64,000 bases of DNA, taken from IMG/VR virus record IMGVR_UViG_3300035670_000009, positions 96,001 to 160,000 of that record; one strand, 5' to 3'. The DNA is from a virus. Lineage: Duplodnaviria > Caudoviricetes. The translations under genes were made by a program, and so were the position numbers. Positions 25,354-35,799 of this stretch are shown here, piece by piece; the first letter of the stretch is position 1, and every line of letters starts with the position of its first letter. Under the pieces are notes generated by a model. It ran no database searches and was not told where the DNA came from. It worked only from the letters and a program-made list of their open reading frames with translations.

Positions 25354-26996
25354 ATCGTGTTCTCAATTGTGAACTTGTTGAAACGCGTGTACGACGCGGC
25401 GCTGAAGAGCCCGGCCAGCCCTGTTAGGTCGCCGTACTGCGAGATCAGTAACGAGAACGATACTGGCGAGACACTTTCGTCTACCGCTTCTGCCGTAACA
25501 GTTACCAGAACCGCGCCCTCGGACTGCACTGCTACCGGCGTAGCAGAAACGCGATACCACGCGCCTACGACTACTGAAAACGGCGCGCTGTATTCGGTCA
25601 CAAAGTTTGAGCCGTTAAATCGAAGTAACCGCAGCTTTGCAGCGTTGGCGTCAAGTGTAGCTACTAGGTAACGCGTGGGCGCTCCGAGACTGCTGTTTCC
25701 GCGAATGTAGTTAAACAACACGCCGCCATTACGTTGCAGTCCGCCCGCTGTGATTTGCAGTTCTGCAGTTATTCTTTTGTTTAGCGACCAGTCACTGGCG
25801 CAGTTTTTAAAGAGCGCCATGTTGCGCCCGACAATGTTTGCCGCCGCGTACACATAATGACTCGTCAGCTCGTTTTCGGGTGTCGCCGCTAAAGACCCTG
25901 GCGGCGAGCAAATCTCTGGCGCCGACACAGACTCAAAAACAAATAGGCCTTCGCGAACCGCGAAGTCAGGCGCGGTCCCCGCATTGAAATCGCGGCACAG
26001 CGGCATGACGGCGCACTCGGCGAGCACGGCATCCTCGTCTACGCTTTCAGAAGATACGACGTCCGGTTCTTCAACAAATAGCTCGGTGGGCAAGTCGCTC
26101 CAAATAATGTCGTCGACGCTTTCGCTACCGGGAGTGCACTCGTCTTGGCGCGAAGGCCTCCGTCTTTCGTCACCGGCAGCGCAGGCATCCGCAAGGCCTG
26201 TATCGCTTGTAACCGCTACGCCGCCGCAGTTTTCGAAAAGCGCCGCGTCGACTCCCGCAAAAACCAGATTAATGTTGCCGTTGCAGTCCGGACTTATGCC
26301 ATTGATTGTCGCAATAGGGGGTCGCGGACACGTGCCGCTTTCGGGTCTTTGTCCGCAAGCGCCCAGAAAATCTTTAAGCGGGTTGAAGTCCTGCGTCTCG
26401 CCCTCTAATTGAAATAAAATAGAGTCGACCGGTGTGCTTGCTACTGTCAAAGCGTTGGCGGCTGTTTTAGGGATGAAAGTCGCCGTGACTGGGTTTTGCG
26501 CCGAAAGCGTTACGATTCCGGTAAGACTGGTCGCCACGTTAAGCTTGCCAAGTGACGAAATTGGTAACGGGCGATAGGGCCGCGCGCACCGCTGCGCTAC
26601 AAGTGTCTGCAGCGGCGTGCTGTAACGGCCGACGAACTCTTCGTCGAGTCCTGGCCCAAATACAATCCAACCTGCCACGCCATCTGCTAGCGGCACGACA
26701 GCGTGGTTGACGTTTTGTGGTGCGTTGCGCGGCAACGAGACGGCAGCAACGCTAACTGGCGCCGTGTCGTTTAAATCCGTCGCAACGCCGAAAACAACGG
26801 TGACAATGTTGGGACTTACAGTAATTCCCTGAACAAACAGATACTGCCCGAGCGTTGCTGGAAAACGGATATGGCAATCGACGAGAATGTCGTCGTGAAT
26901 GAACTGACCTGAATCGTCCAAGCCAGTGCTGCGCTCATCCAGCGGATAACGGCGTGAGGCTTGCAGGTCGTACCAGTTTTGGTTGCGAATGGGCAT
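25350..26996 (-). CDS. Putative baseplate/fibre protein with C-terminal beta-sandwich (lectin-like) domain, paralog family member
   Basis: WYDLQASRRYPL; IATINGISPDCNGNINL; beta-rich C-terminus (FSVVVGAWYRVSAT...GLAGL). Confidence 0.7.
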   Translation of the reverse strand: MPIRNQNWYDLQASRRYPLDERSTGLDDSGQFIHDDILVDCHIRFPATLGQYLFVQGITVSPNIVTVVFGVATDLNDTAPVSVAAVSLPRNAPQNVNHAVVPLADGVAGWIVFGPGLDEEFVGRYSTPLQTLVAQRCARPYRPLPISSLGKLNVATSLTGIVTLSAQNPVTATFIPKTAANALTVASTPVDSILFQLEGETQDFNPLKDFLGACGQRPESGTCPRPPIATINGISPDCNGNINLVFAGVDAALFENCGGVAVTSDTGLADACAAGDERRRPSRQDECTPGSESVDDIIWSDLPTELFVEEPDVVSSESVDEDAVLAECAVMPLCRDFNAGTAPDFAVREGLFVFESVSAPEICSPPGSLAATPENELTSHYVYAAANIVGRNMALFKNCASDWSLNKRITAELQITAGGLQRNGGVLFNYIRGNSSLGAPTRYLVATLDANAAKLRLLRFNGSNFVTEYSAPFSVVVGAWYRVSATPVAVQSEGAVLVTVTAEAVDESVSPVSFSLLISQYGDLTGLAGLFSAASYTRFNKFTIENTI

Positions 26997-26999
26997 GTG

Positions 27000-28526
27000 T
27001 TAGCAGCTCCGGACCGTGCCGCCGTCAGTGTTACAGTTAAGAGCCGCAGAAGTCGTAACAGGCGCCGCGAGGGCTATGGGTTCGCAACCGGGTAAAAATG
27101 GGCTGGCGTTAGTCGCGCCAGTCAATGTAGCCGTCACCGAGTAAGGATAGTTCGCCGGGTTGAAACGCAGGCGAAATTTGACATACGCAGAGCTGCCAAG
27201 ATCTACCGGCGGTAACGGCGCGTTAAAGGTCGGATATGTCCCCTGTAGCGCATACTCGACGTTGCTGTGGCCTGGGGCGCTCAGAAACGTGTATCCGCAC
27301 TCAATCACTGCCGTCGCGCCCGCCGGAAACGTACTGAAGGTGACCGCTAGCGCGCCATTTTCAGCGCACTGATGGCACTGATTGCAGTACATAATGACTA
27401 CGTCGAGCAACGGGCAGTTTTGCGGCGTCAAAAGCACGCGCAATGGTTTTTGTAAACGGCATTCGCGCTGCTCTATCCAACGATCGATATTGCTCTCGTG
27501 CAACAACTTGATGTCATGCGTGCGCGCGCCGACGCTCGAATACTTTCTCGCGACCTGATTCATATAGAGCGCGGTGTCTACATAATCCGGGCAATCACAA
27601 CAGGGCGGGCAGTTACTGCCGATCGCCAGCGTCGCCGACCCGCCGGTAAACACCGGTACGGCGCGGCCGCTTATGTTAAGCGTGGTTGGTTGTCGAATCC
27701 AAATACAGTCAGGGCCAGCTATTACAAGGTCGCCGTATTCATTGGGCGTGGCGCCATTCAACCGATAAATTGGCTGCGCCGGGTCATCAGGGCAATCTTC
27801 ATACTTGCCTGCGCCTGCGCCAGGTTCGGCTGTCAAGGTGATGTTTGTGTTTTGCCGTCGACCGCGCACAGTTGCGTCAGCGCTTTCGAGAATCATGTTG
27901 TTTCCGGCAACAAACGTCGCGCCTGTGCGGGTCACGGTGCCTATTTCTGCGTCTTCTGACACAACGGTGAGCGACCGCAAGCGGCGCGGCATTTTGTAAA
28001 CCGCGCGTTCGTCGAGCACAGCGTTTATGGGCGCCAGGTGTATCGGCCAATCTTTCGGCGCAATTTCAAAGGCGGGCGGCCAGGTCTTGTGAATGACCAG
28101 CCTGCAAACAGCGTCGTTGCCGATCCACTCGTAAACGTCGTAATCGGCGCCCCAGCTGCGCTTGATAAACCGGCGGTATTCTGGGTCACCACCTACGGGA
28201 ACCGGCTGCGTAGAATCAAACACCGTGTTTTCGTCCGCGTCGACAATCAAGATGTCAGCCGCGTGAATCGGCGCGGGCGCCCAGACTGGTGCTATCGCTG
28301 GCTCACAGCCAACGCCGTAGAGCCATTTGATGCGCAAAGGGTGTTTGCGGATCGACTCGGCTGCGCGATAAAAACCCGGGTCGTCGTAGGCCAGATAAAA
28401 ATCGGCCAATAGATATCTAACGTCGTCCGACGGCGCGACGAGCGGGTAGTCCAAACCGCTTTGGGGTTGAACGACGCCGATACCTCCGCGGCCGCCTGGC
28501 GTGATGGTCGGATCTGCACAGCTCAT
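27000..28526 (-). CDS. Putative baseplate/fibre protein, paralog family member
   Basis: QSGLDYPL; IYRLNGATPNEYGDL; CPPCCDC motif. Confidence 0.7.
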   Translation of the reverse strand: MSCADPTITPGGRGGIGVVQPQSGLDYPLVAPSDDVRYLLADFYLAYDDPGFYRAAESIRKHPLRIKWLYGVGCEPAIAPVWAPAPIHAADILIVDADENTVFDSTQPVPVGGDPEYRRFIKRSWGADYDVYEWIGNDAVCRLVIHKTWPPAFEIAPKDWPIHLAPINAVLDERAVYKMPRRLRSLTVVSEDAEIGTVTRTGATFVAGNNMILESADATVRGRRQNTNITLTAEPGAGAGKYEDCPDDPAQPIYRLNGATPNEYGDLVIAGPDCIWIRQPTTLNISGRAVPVFTGGSATLAIGSNCPPCCDCPDYVDTALYMNQVARKYSSVGARTHDIKLLHESNIDRWIEQRECRLQKPLRVLLTPQNCPLLDVVIMYCNQCHQCAENGALAVTFSTFPAGATAVIECGYTFLSAPGHSNVEYALQGTYPTFNAPLPPVDLGSSAYVKFRLRFNPANYPYSVTATLTGATNASPFLPGCEPIALAAPVTTSAALNCNTDGGTVRSC

Positions 28527-28534
28527 GGCGGCTC

Positions 28535-29494
28535 CTAGCCACAGGTGTTGCAGCCGGAATCACCGAGGCGGCTACCGAGGACAACAAAGGACATTTGCGA
28601 CACCTCGGATCCAAGCCGGGTGACGAAGTTCTGCAGCGTGTTTACGCCATCTCCAAACCGGTCAATCTGTTGCGTCAAGGCGTCCAGTTCTTCGCAACCG
28701 CAACACGGCTGCGCGCAGAAATCGTTAAACAGCAGGCCGCCCGTGGCCGGACTGATTGATATGCATTCGCCGCCGCTGAAAACGTAAGTACCGTCGCCAG
28801 AACACACGCCGTTAATGCACCGAATACATTCGGCGGTATCGGGCGTCTCGCAAACGCAGTCGACGTTTAGGTTCAAGCCAGAGATGGCGTTGAACACGAT
28901 CCGGGGGTCGGCGTCACCGCCACTTTCTAAGACGAGCCGCATGTTAGTCCCAGCAACCAGCGTCACGTCGCCGTACACGTAATCGCTCAATTCGCCGCTG
29001 TTTGATACCCGTAACCGAGTTACACCTCGGATCATGGGCCGTATAGGATCAGTCTCGAGCAGGCCGCCCGCCGGGGTGAAGTAATACAACCCCGGCGGCA
29101 ACGTGTCGATTTCGTCCAGTCGGCCAATGACAACTTCGCCGATTGAATCGGTGAAATTGTCGACTCCCGCTAATGCGAAAGCCCGATTTGGCTGATAAGC
29201 GGTTTTGGCGATGTTCGCCGCCGCTACGTCTGGATTGTTGAGCGTATTGGTTTCGCCGCTGTCGTAACCGATTGTGATGTTGTAACCAGTCGCCGAAATC
29301 AGCAAACTCTTGAGATAAAATTTGGCTGGCTCGATGTTCAGGTCGACATGCACCGGCAAATAGAGCGCGACGAGAAAGCTGTCCGGCAGGCGAATCGTGT
29401 CTGTCGTGTCTGTTTTGGTGGCGCGCTCGGCCAGCGGATAAGATCGCTGCGAGTTGTGGTTAAGCCACTGTAGATTCCACTGGCCTAAAGGCAT
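28535..29494 (-). CDS. Putative baseplate/fibre protein, paralog family member
   Basis: WLNHNSQRSYPL; CIRCINGV; CAQPCCGC followed by a coiled-coil-like segment. Confidence 0.7.
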   Translation of the reverse strand: MPLGQWNLQWLNHNSQRSYPLAERATKTDTTDTIRLPDSFLVALYLPVHVDLNIEPAKFYLKSLLISATGYNITIGYDSGETNTLNNPDVAAANIAKTAYQPNRAFALAGVDNFTDSIGEVVIGRLDEIDTLPPGLYYFTPAGGLLETDPIRPMIRGVTRLRVSNSGELSDYVYGDVTLVAGTNMRLVLESGGDADPRIVFNAISGLNLNVDCVCETPDTAECIRCINGVCSGDGTYVFSGGECISISPATGGLLFNDFCAQPCCGCEELDALTQQIDRFGDGVNTLQNFVTRLGSEVSQMSFVVLGSRLGDSGCNTCG

Positions 29495-29507
29495 TATCCG
29501 GTCCTCC

Positions 29508-31406
29508 TCACTCGGTGGCGGGGACCGTGATTACACCTGACAGTCGCAACAGGCCGACTTCGCCTGCATAGCTGTCCGCACTGCCTGTGCGACTGAGCGT
29601 CACCAGGATCGTATCGCCTTCGGCGATTACGAAGGCCTCGCTAGAAATCTCAATTGGTGTGTCAATCGCCAGCGAACTGGCGGGCACGTCGAAGGCAATC
29701 TCTGTTTCTTCCGCGACACCGGGGAGGGCTGGCATGCCCGACGTAATTGTTCCGGCCGGGCGGGGCAGGCGGCGATAGGACATTGAGAGCACAGGAAGAA
29801 CGGCTGTAGCGCGACCGAAAATCTGCGCGCGTACGCGCATCTCTAGGTTATTACCGAGGTTGGCGCTGGGGACGTTGAGGCGCACGCGCACCAGCGAATC
29901 CTGTCCTTGCGGAAAGCCCAGGTACGGGATGTCGAGATAAAGGCGCTCAACTGTATCGGAGAGCCGAATGATCTGCGGCGCAATTTCCCTTTCCACAAGC
30001 TGGTCGTCGTATGAAACTGTGACCAAGCCCTGGTAGAGTAAAGAGGTGTCGTTTGAAGGCAGGTCGAGCGCAGTTTTTTCAGCGGCCGTAAGCCCTCGAG
30101 TGCGCGTTCCAGCAAGCACGATCGGCCCGGCGCCTACGCGAAGACCCTCGGCAATCCAGCCTTTGCGAAACTTGAAGTCTGAGGTGATTTGCTTGTAAAC
30201 GCGGCTGCCCACAACCTCGGTCGGGTCGTCGACTAGCGCAAGATTAAGCCCCAGTTCCAAGTCGCCCGTAAGCGGCTGCTCGCGCGTGGCCAATGTGCCG
30301 TCGCAGTTCGCAATAGTAATTGGACTGTCGACGGCGGGCTTGAGGCTTGTAACCACAGACCGATCGTTGCCGAAAAGCATCCGCAAATAAACGACGATCA
30401 CCCGCATACGTTCTTCGCGGGGGCAGGCGGCGAGCGACGCAGATGACTCGACTGAAAGCGTGTCGAGATCGGCGGGCCACGGCACGTCGCCGTAGCAGTC
30501 GCTCATCCACCAGATGCCGTTAACGTCGCAGATGCACAGACCGTCGCTGCCCAGTGGAATTTCTGTGGCACCAACGTTGTTTACGCCTTTGTCCCAAAGC
30601 ATGGCCACAGCCTGCAGCGGCATCGGCGGCCATACAAGCGAAAGAGCCGCATGTTGCGAAAAGTTGTAGCCAAACTTCGCGCCGACAGGCGCACGTCCCT
30701 GAAAAACTTCGTGGTCGGCAGGCAGCCAGCCTTCTCGAGTGGCGTCGGCATTGTCGACCGTGTGAACTCCCGCAGTTGCGGCAACGTCGGGATCGTGATC
30801 TCCGGCCGGAAGCGCCACAAGCTCAAAGCGGTAGTGAATGTGGTCTTCAAGAAAGTCCCGCATCTGCGGCATCACGACGACCCAAGGATCGTCGGCGCAG
30901 TTATCTTTGACGCCCTGAACGTAGCAGACGCTGACCGTAACCGGCGGGCGTTGCTTAACGAGTTTTCCTGCCTCCGCCGACGACAAGTAATATCGACCTG
31001 CGGCCACAGGCGCCGATACGGCGTTGGTGATCTCGGGCAGCCGCACGACGCCGTGGAGTACGATGTCGGCGAGCGTCGCGTTTTTCTTTTTGTAGCACAG
31101 GCCCAGCACGTCACTCGACGGCAATGGAACGAGCGTCTGCGTCTCTTGGTCGGTGTCGACAGCTGCGAGCGCCAGCTCGTAGCGCTGCGTCGCGGCGTTC
31201 CAGAAAACGGGCTGGCCGGGCAGCACGTCTGGCGCGATCGTGGCGTCGACGTCGAAGATCGCCTGGCCCAGCGCCGCGGCGTCCAGGCGCTGCTTCAGGT
31301 ACTCAGTCCGGTCGACCAGTGCGCGGTCAGGACGGCTTACGACGCCTGCCTGCACCGGCTCACCGGGTGTGACGTGCTTGATATTGCTTAGCCAGTTATT
31401 GGACAT
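29508..31406 (-). CDS. Putative tail fibre/baseplate protein
   Basis: N-terminal PGEPVQAGVVSRPDRALVDRTEYLKQRL resembles the N/S-R-P...L..RT..LK motif of myovirus fibre N-termini; located next to wedge genes. Confidence 0.62.
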   Translation of the reverse strand: MSNNWLSNIKHVTPGEPVQAGVVSRPDRALVDRTEYLKQRLDAAALGQAIFDVDATIAPDVLPGQPVFWNAATQRYELALAAVDTDQETQTLVPLPSSDVLGLCYKKKNATLADIVLHGVVRLPEITNAVSAPVAAGRYYLSSAEAGKLVKQRPPVTVSVCYVQGVKDNCADDPWVVVMPQMRDFLEDHIHYRFELVALPAGDHDPDVAATAGVHTVDNADATREGWLPADHEVFQGRAPVGAKFGYNFSQHAALSLVWPPMPLQAVAMLWDKGVNNVGATEIPLGSDGLCICDVNGIWWMSDCYGDVPWPADLDTLSVESSASLAACPREERMRVIVVYLRMLFGNDRSVVTSLKPAVDSPITIANCDGTLATREQPLTGDLELGLNLALVDDPTEVVGSRVYKQITSDFKFRKGWIAEGLRVGAGPIVLAGTRTRGLTAAEKTALDLPSNDTSLLYQGLVTVSYDDQLVEREIAPQIIRLSDTVERLYLDIPYLGFPQGQDSLVRVRLNVPSANLGNNLEMRVRAQIFGRATAVLPVLSMSYRRLPRPAGTITSGMPALPGVAEETEIAFDVPASSLAIDTPIEISSEAFVIAEGDTILVTLSRTGSADSYAGEVGLLRLSGVITVPATE

Positions 31407-31449
31407 CCGTGTCCTCCCAGGAGTTCACACATCCGTGTGAATCCAGCTG

Positions 31450-32076
31450 TTATTCAAATGCGATGTCCCAGGTGATGCCAATCTGCGACGAGGCTTCTTT
31501 GGTGACCTGGTTTTCGACGGCGAACGTGGTGCGCGCGAAGATAACGTCCTTCGTACGGTCGCTAAACTCCGGTGCAGCCACCAGGGCGGCGGAGTAGATC
31601 TTGCTGTTCACGCCGCTGCTGAAGTCTTTGCCGTGAACTCCGGATAGGCCCGAGGTCTGCGCGAAGAACGTGAGCTGGTTGCCGCTCTCGTTTGCCACGA
31701 AGTAATCCTCGTAGCCCGGCGAGATACTCAAGGCAGGTTCGACGCGCAGCTCGACCCGCAGGAAGTCCTGGGTGGCGCTCACGGCCAATTCGTTGTAGTA
31801 GTCGACGCCGAGGTCCCGGTCGAACGCTGAGACGCTGACTGGGTCTTCCGGGTCAGCGACGTTTTCGTACTCGATGTACATCCCTGCCACATGAAAACTT
31901 GGGCGCCCGGCCTGGTAGCGGTAACCAATCTGTCGGGCGGCGATATAGCCCCAGGAGAACTGGATCTGGTTGCGTTGCGTGTGGAGCGGCGTTATGAGCC
32001 CGGACGGTTCCACCCGCCAAAGAGTGACCCGGCCGCGCACACCCGAACCGTTAATGCCGATTTTATCGCGGGCCAT
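31450..32076 (-). CDS. Putative baseplate/tail-collar protein
   Basis: Beta-rich 208 aa, ...IFARTTF...KEASSQIGITWDIAF C-terminus; between wedge and fibre genes. Confidence 0.55.
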   Translation of the reverse strand: MARDKIGINGSGVRGRVTLWRVEPSGLITPLHTQRNQIQFSWGYIAARQIGYRYQAGRPSFHVAGMYIEYENVADPEDPVSVSAFDRDLGVDYYNELAVSATQDFLRVELRVEPALSISPGYEDYFVANESGNQLTFFAQTSGLSGVHGKDFSSGVNSKIYSAALVAAPEFSDRTKDVIFARTTFAVENQVTKEASSQIGITWDIAFE

Positions 32077-32085
32077 GATGCTTCC

Positions 32086-33669
32086 TTATTGACACGTCCC
32101 AGAAATGACTCTCAGCGTCGCCCCGCGGTCGTAGACTAGTTCTTCTGACACGCTGTCAAACTGCGGCGCCATTCCGGTAAACGAGGTCGCGGTGTCGGTC
32201 ACGTTTTCCTCGCCGTCTAGGGCGTCCCGGATGCCGCCAATCTCGTAAATAACGATCATGGCGGCCTGGGGCGGCATAAGCTGGCGCAGGTGCCTCATAT
32301 TGTACAGGCCGAGCCGATTTTGCCCCAATGCCGCGCCTTTGATGCGCACGAGAAAAACGTTGTTTCTTAGGACATTTTCAGCAATGAAACGCAACGGATT
32401 GATTGTGGCAGGAAGATTGCTCGCAGTCGGCTCGCCGTCAGGATTTGTGCGCTCGTCGAGCACGTGCGCAAGCGTGCCGCGCCGCTGGCGGCGAGGAACA
32501 CACGGGTCGACTGGGACCAGCGCTTCAGAAATCCCCCGGGCGTGCAGTTCGTCAAAAAAGCGCGCGACATCGGCTGGAAAGCCGCCTAGCGCGAACCGCA
32601 CGCAGGTGTAACCAGACGGATGCGCCGTGTCGACAATTAGCGGCAACTCTTTGTTCTCAAAGACCAAATCGCCGTAGAAGCAGGCAGAAAGAAACCCGCT
32701 GTCCAGGGCAAGCGCGGTAATTGTCTCGGGAACTATCCCGCTCGTTAGCTCTACGATCTCCACAGAATCAACCAGCGCCGCACCCGCGCGCAGCTGCGCG
32801 CCAATCGTCACAACGGGCGTAGCGTCTTCGGGAAACCGGTAAACGTGCTTATCAGTGACAATCAGCGTGCCGTGCGCGTCGCGCTGGAGCACTTCGACAA
32901 CCTCGCCGTCTTCGCGGGCAACGGCTACCCCTGTGATTGCCGCCAAGGCCAGGTCAAGATCGGCGGCCGTGGCGCCGCCGTTAACAAGCCCTGAAAACAC
33001 GGCATTCATGAACTCCTTGGCGCCCGAGCTAGTGCGCAGTTTGATGCCCAGGGAGTACGCGAACTGCGTGTAAACGTATTCGTAATCAAATTGGCCCTGG
33101 AAAGCCCAGAGCGTGATCTCTTCGTCAACAAGCTGCCCATTTTCGTAAATACCCCGCTTGAGCAGCGCGAGTTGTTCGAATGGGTCCTCGACGAACACGA
33201 TTGCGTTGCGCTCTTGATCGATCGCGTAGTCGACGTTTTCAGACAAAGCAAATGTTGGCGCAATGAGCCGATCTAAAATCTGCCCAGCTCCGACGAGTTT
33301 CTCTGGCCGCGGGTAAGCAAAGAAAGGCTGCTCGGCCGCAGTGTCGAAAACCAGCGCGCCGTTAAACAACTCAGTCGTGCGGTCGAAACGCGCAATGCTT
33401 GTTAACACGCTATTGCGTTGACTCTTGCGCAGCACGACGGGCGTCCACAACTCCGTGTGATAAAGTGGCACGTCGAAACGACTGAGCGCCGCTACCGTTT
33501 CCAGAATGTTGCGATGGTTCTGTGCTGCCAACAGCGCAGTGCCCTCGGCATACGAGTTGACTTGATCTGCCCGGCTATACGTACGCGACCAGAAACTGCC
33601 CAGCAGCGCCAGCATGTCGCGGCCGCGGTCGAGGTCCGAGCCGGGATAGACAAAAGACGGTGTTTTCAT
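32086..33669 (-). CDS. Putative baseplate wedge protein
   Basis: Directly downstream of the J-like gene; ...LRQLMPPQAAMIV... resembles the gpI/gp48-type C-terminal motif. Confidence 0.55.
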   Translation of the reverse strand: MKTPSFVYPGSDLDRGRDMLALLGSFWSRTYSRADQVNSYAEGTALLAAQNHRNILETVAALSRFDVPLYHTELWTPVVLRKSQRNSVLTSIARFDRTTELFNGALVFDTAAEQPFFAYPRPEKLVGAGQILDRLIAPTFALSENVDYAIDQERNAIVFVEDPFEQLALLKRGIYENGQLVDEEITLWAFQGQFDYEYVYTQFAYSLGIKLRTSSGAKEFMNAVFSGLVNGGATAADLDLALAAITGVAVAREDGEVVEVLQRDAHGTLIVTDKHVYRFPEDATPVVTIGAQLRAGAALVDSVEIVELTSGIVPETITALALDSGFLSACFYGDLVFENKELPLIVDTAHPSGYTCVRFALGGFPADVARFFDELHARGISEALVPVDPCVPRRQRRGTLAHVLDERTNPDGEPTASNLPATINPLRFIAENVLRNNVFLVRIKGAALGQNRLGLYNMRHLRQLMPPQAAMIVIYEIGGIRDALDGEENVTDTATSFTGMAPQFDSVSEELVYDRGATLRVISGTCQ

Positions 33670-33676
33670 GCGTCAC

Positions 33677-35320
33677 CTAGTCGGCAAAGCCCGCGACTTC
33701 GACAGAAATGGCGATGTCTTCTAGACCGACAAGAAAGACCGTCGTACGACCAGTCACCAGTCGCCCCGGATCATTAGGAATCGTTAACAACGTACTGTCT
33801 CGCAGGTACTGAATCGCCCCGTCCGGACGGCGAATGCGGCCAAACATATCGATGGCGCTCACGGCCTGGCGGCCCGATAGATATCTATGCGCGACGCCGT
33901 TAATGACCGAACTGTGGAGCTGGCCAGAAAATCCGATTTTTTGAATTTCCTCAACCAGGGCGAGCTTGATTGCAGCAGTGTCAATCGTCGCAGTTGTGTT
34001 TTCTTTGCGGATCGTGAAATTGATCTTCGTGAAACAAGGGACGGCCGCTTTGACGAGCACATCTGCCGACCGGCTGCGCACGTCGCGACGGTTGAGAAAA
34101 TCCTGCACGTCGTCGATAAGCGGCAGGCTCGCAGTGGTCACTGTGTAGTACGCGCGACTTTGGTTTACTACTAAGCCAGTCGACACCGTGTCGGTGTCCT
34201 CAAACTGAATGACAGCGGTCTGGTAGCGCGTGTACGCGCTTTCGGCCGTGGTTGTGATATCAGGAACGTGGTCGAGCTGGCTGAGATCTGTGCCGCGAAT
34301 ATCGTTGACAATCTCGTACCCGGTTGCCGTTTTGTCGTTCGGCTTGGTGACGCGGCGGACCTCGTAGAACCCTGGCGCTGTGTCGCGCTCCAAGGTGACC
34401 TGCCAACGTGTGCCGATCGTTCCTTCGCCAATGTAAACGGCCGTCAGCAAATGCTCTTTTTCCTGCGCGGCATAATGGGTTTGGCAATAGATATCTATTC
34501 GCCCGCCGCCCGAGACCGGAAACAAACCGTGCTGGTCACGCTGCTGCTCCGGATCGCCGCAGCCCAAAACGGAAAAATGCGGAATATTGGCGAACGCCGC
34601 TTGATTGCGAATAGCAGCTGCGTAACTTGCCCGCCCGCCAATAGTTTTAGCCGCCAGTCCAGAAGGAAGGCGGGTCAAATAATCTGCATTGCTTTCAGGC
34701 GCGGCGCCGGAAACAAAATCTACCGCCGCAAACGCCTCGCGCATGTTGTTGGGCACAAAATCTGGGACAAGTGTTGCTCCGCGGCGGATGTTCCCGGCCA
34801 CGCCGATTTCTAGCGCCTGCATGAGAATATTTATGGAATAGGTGCCGTCTCCCACAGCAATCATTTCCAATTCATCGGCACTTCTCGCGGCTGTCCCCGG
34901 CGGCACGGCAATCACGGACGCCACGGGCCGAAACTCGACGCCATCTGCCGCAAACGTGATATTGTCCGAAATCGCTGTGCTGACAGGAAGATTGAACACG
35001 ATGGTGGCCTCGCCCTTGGAACGAGTGCCGTTATTGCGTACGAGGTTGAAGTTCGACAGCACCTGGTCAACCAGCTCGGGCTCAGCCAACACCGGGTTGG
35101 CATTGATCTGCAGCAGGCTGTTACTCTGCAACACGCGATCAATGTTCTCCCGTACGGCGGCGTTAAGTGCGGCGTTAAAGTAAAGTACGAGGTCGTGAAA
35201 AACGCCCCGAGTCAGCTCGACGTCAGGGTGCTTTTCTTGCATGTACTGCGTAAACAGCGCGAACATTCGGTCGACTGTCGCGCCGTCGAGCTCGTCAAGT
35301 TTGGCAATTTCCAGGGGCAT
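33677..35320 (-). CDS. Baseplate J-like wedge protein
   Basis: ALEIGVAGNI, FVSGAAPESNADYLTRL...GGRASY typical of the BaseplateJ/gp47 family; follows the gp25-like gene. Confidence 0.82.
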   Translation of the reverse strand: MPLEIAKLDELDGATVDRMFALFTQYMQEKHPDVELTRGVFHDLVLYFNAALNAAVRENIDRVLQSNSLLQINANPVLAEPELVDQVLSNFNLVRNNGTRSKGEATIVFNLPVSTAISDNITFAADGVEFRPVASVIAVPPGTAARSADELEMIAVGDGTYSINILMQALEIGVAGNIRRGATLVPDFVPNNMREAFAAVDFVSGAAPESNADYLTRLPSGLAAKTIGGRASYAAAIRNQAAFANIPHFSVLGCGDPEQQRDQHGLFPVSGGGRIDIYCQTHYAAQEKEHLLTAVYIGEGTIGTRWQVTLERDTAPGFYEVRRVTKPNDKTATGYEIVNDIRGTDLSQLDHVPDITTTAESAYTRYQTAVIQFEDTDTVSTGLVVNQSRAYYTVTTASLPLIDDVQDFLNRRDVRSRSADVLVKAAVPCFTKINFTIRKENTTATIDTAAIKLALVEEIQKIGFSGQLHSSVINGVAHRYLSGRQAVSAIDMFGRIRRPDGAIQYLRDSTLLTIPNDPGRLVTGRTTVFLVGLEDIAISVEVAGFAD

Positions 35321-35796
35321 TACGACACCTGTGGCAATGTTTCAATAGGAAAAACAATAGTTCTGCTTGTGCCTGCGCGACTTACAACCGTGACCCGCAG
35401 GTCGGCATATCCGGGTTGAAGAGTTGCGTTTGTCAAAATCGCCTGGTCAAAACGTTCATCGTCGGGCATTTCCTCATATTCCTCACGGCGAAGGTTACGA
35501 GTAATTTCAAGACTGGCGAGTACAAAATTAGACAACAGATCACTCTGCGTTCGCACACGGCCCTGCCGAACATCCGTCATAAAGTCACAACCCCGGTCGG
35601 GCCTGTATGGCATTGAACCACGTTCAGTCAAGAACTCTAGCGCCCACCGCTGCGCCAACTTTTGCGCACCTGTGCAAATTTTACCGCTACTGCTTTCGGC
35701 ATAAAGCGCCATGTCTTGCAGTCCGTCCGAGCGGTCTGCGACTGGTTGAAAAGCGAGGTAGTCGTATTTGCGGTTGACAAAATCTTTGAGGGACAT
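35320..35796 (-). CDS. gp25/gpW-like baseplate wedge protein
   Basis: KLAQRWALEFLTERGSMPYRPDRGCDF matches the gp25 T..G.....P..G pattern; TAATG coupling to J-like gene. Confidence 0.75.
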   Translation of the reverse strand: MSLKDFVNRKYDYLAFQPVADRSDGLQDMALYAESSSGKICTGAQKLAQRWALEFLTERGSMPYRPDRGCDFMTDVRQGRVRTQSDLLSNFVLASLEITRNLRREEYEEMPDDERFDQAILTNATLQPGYADLRVTVVSRAGTSRTIVFPIETLPQVS

Positions 35797-35799
35797 GAG

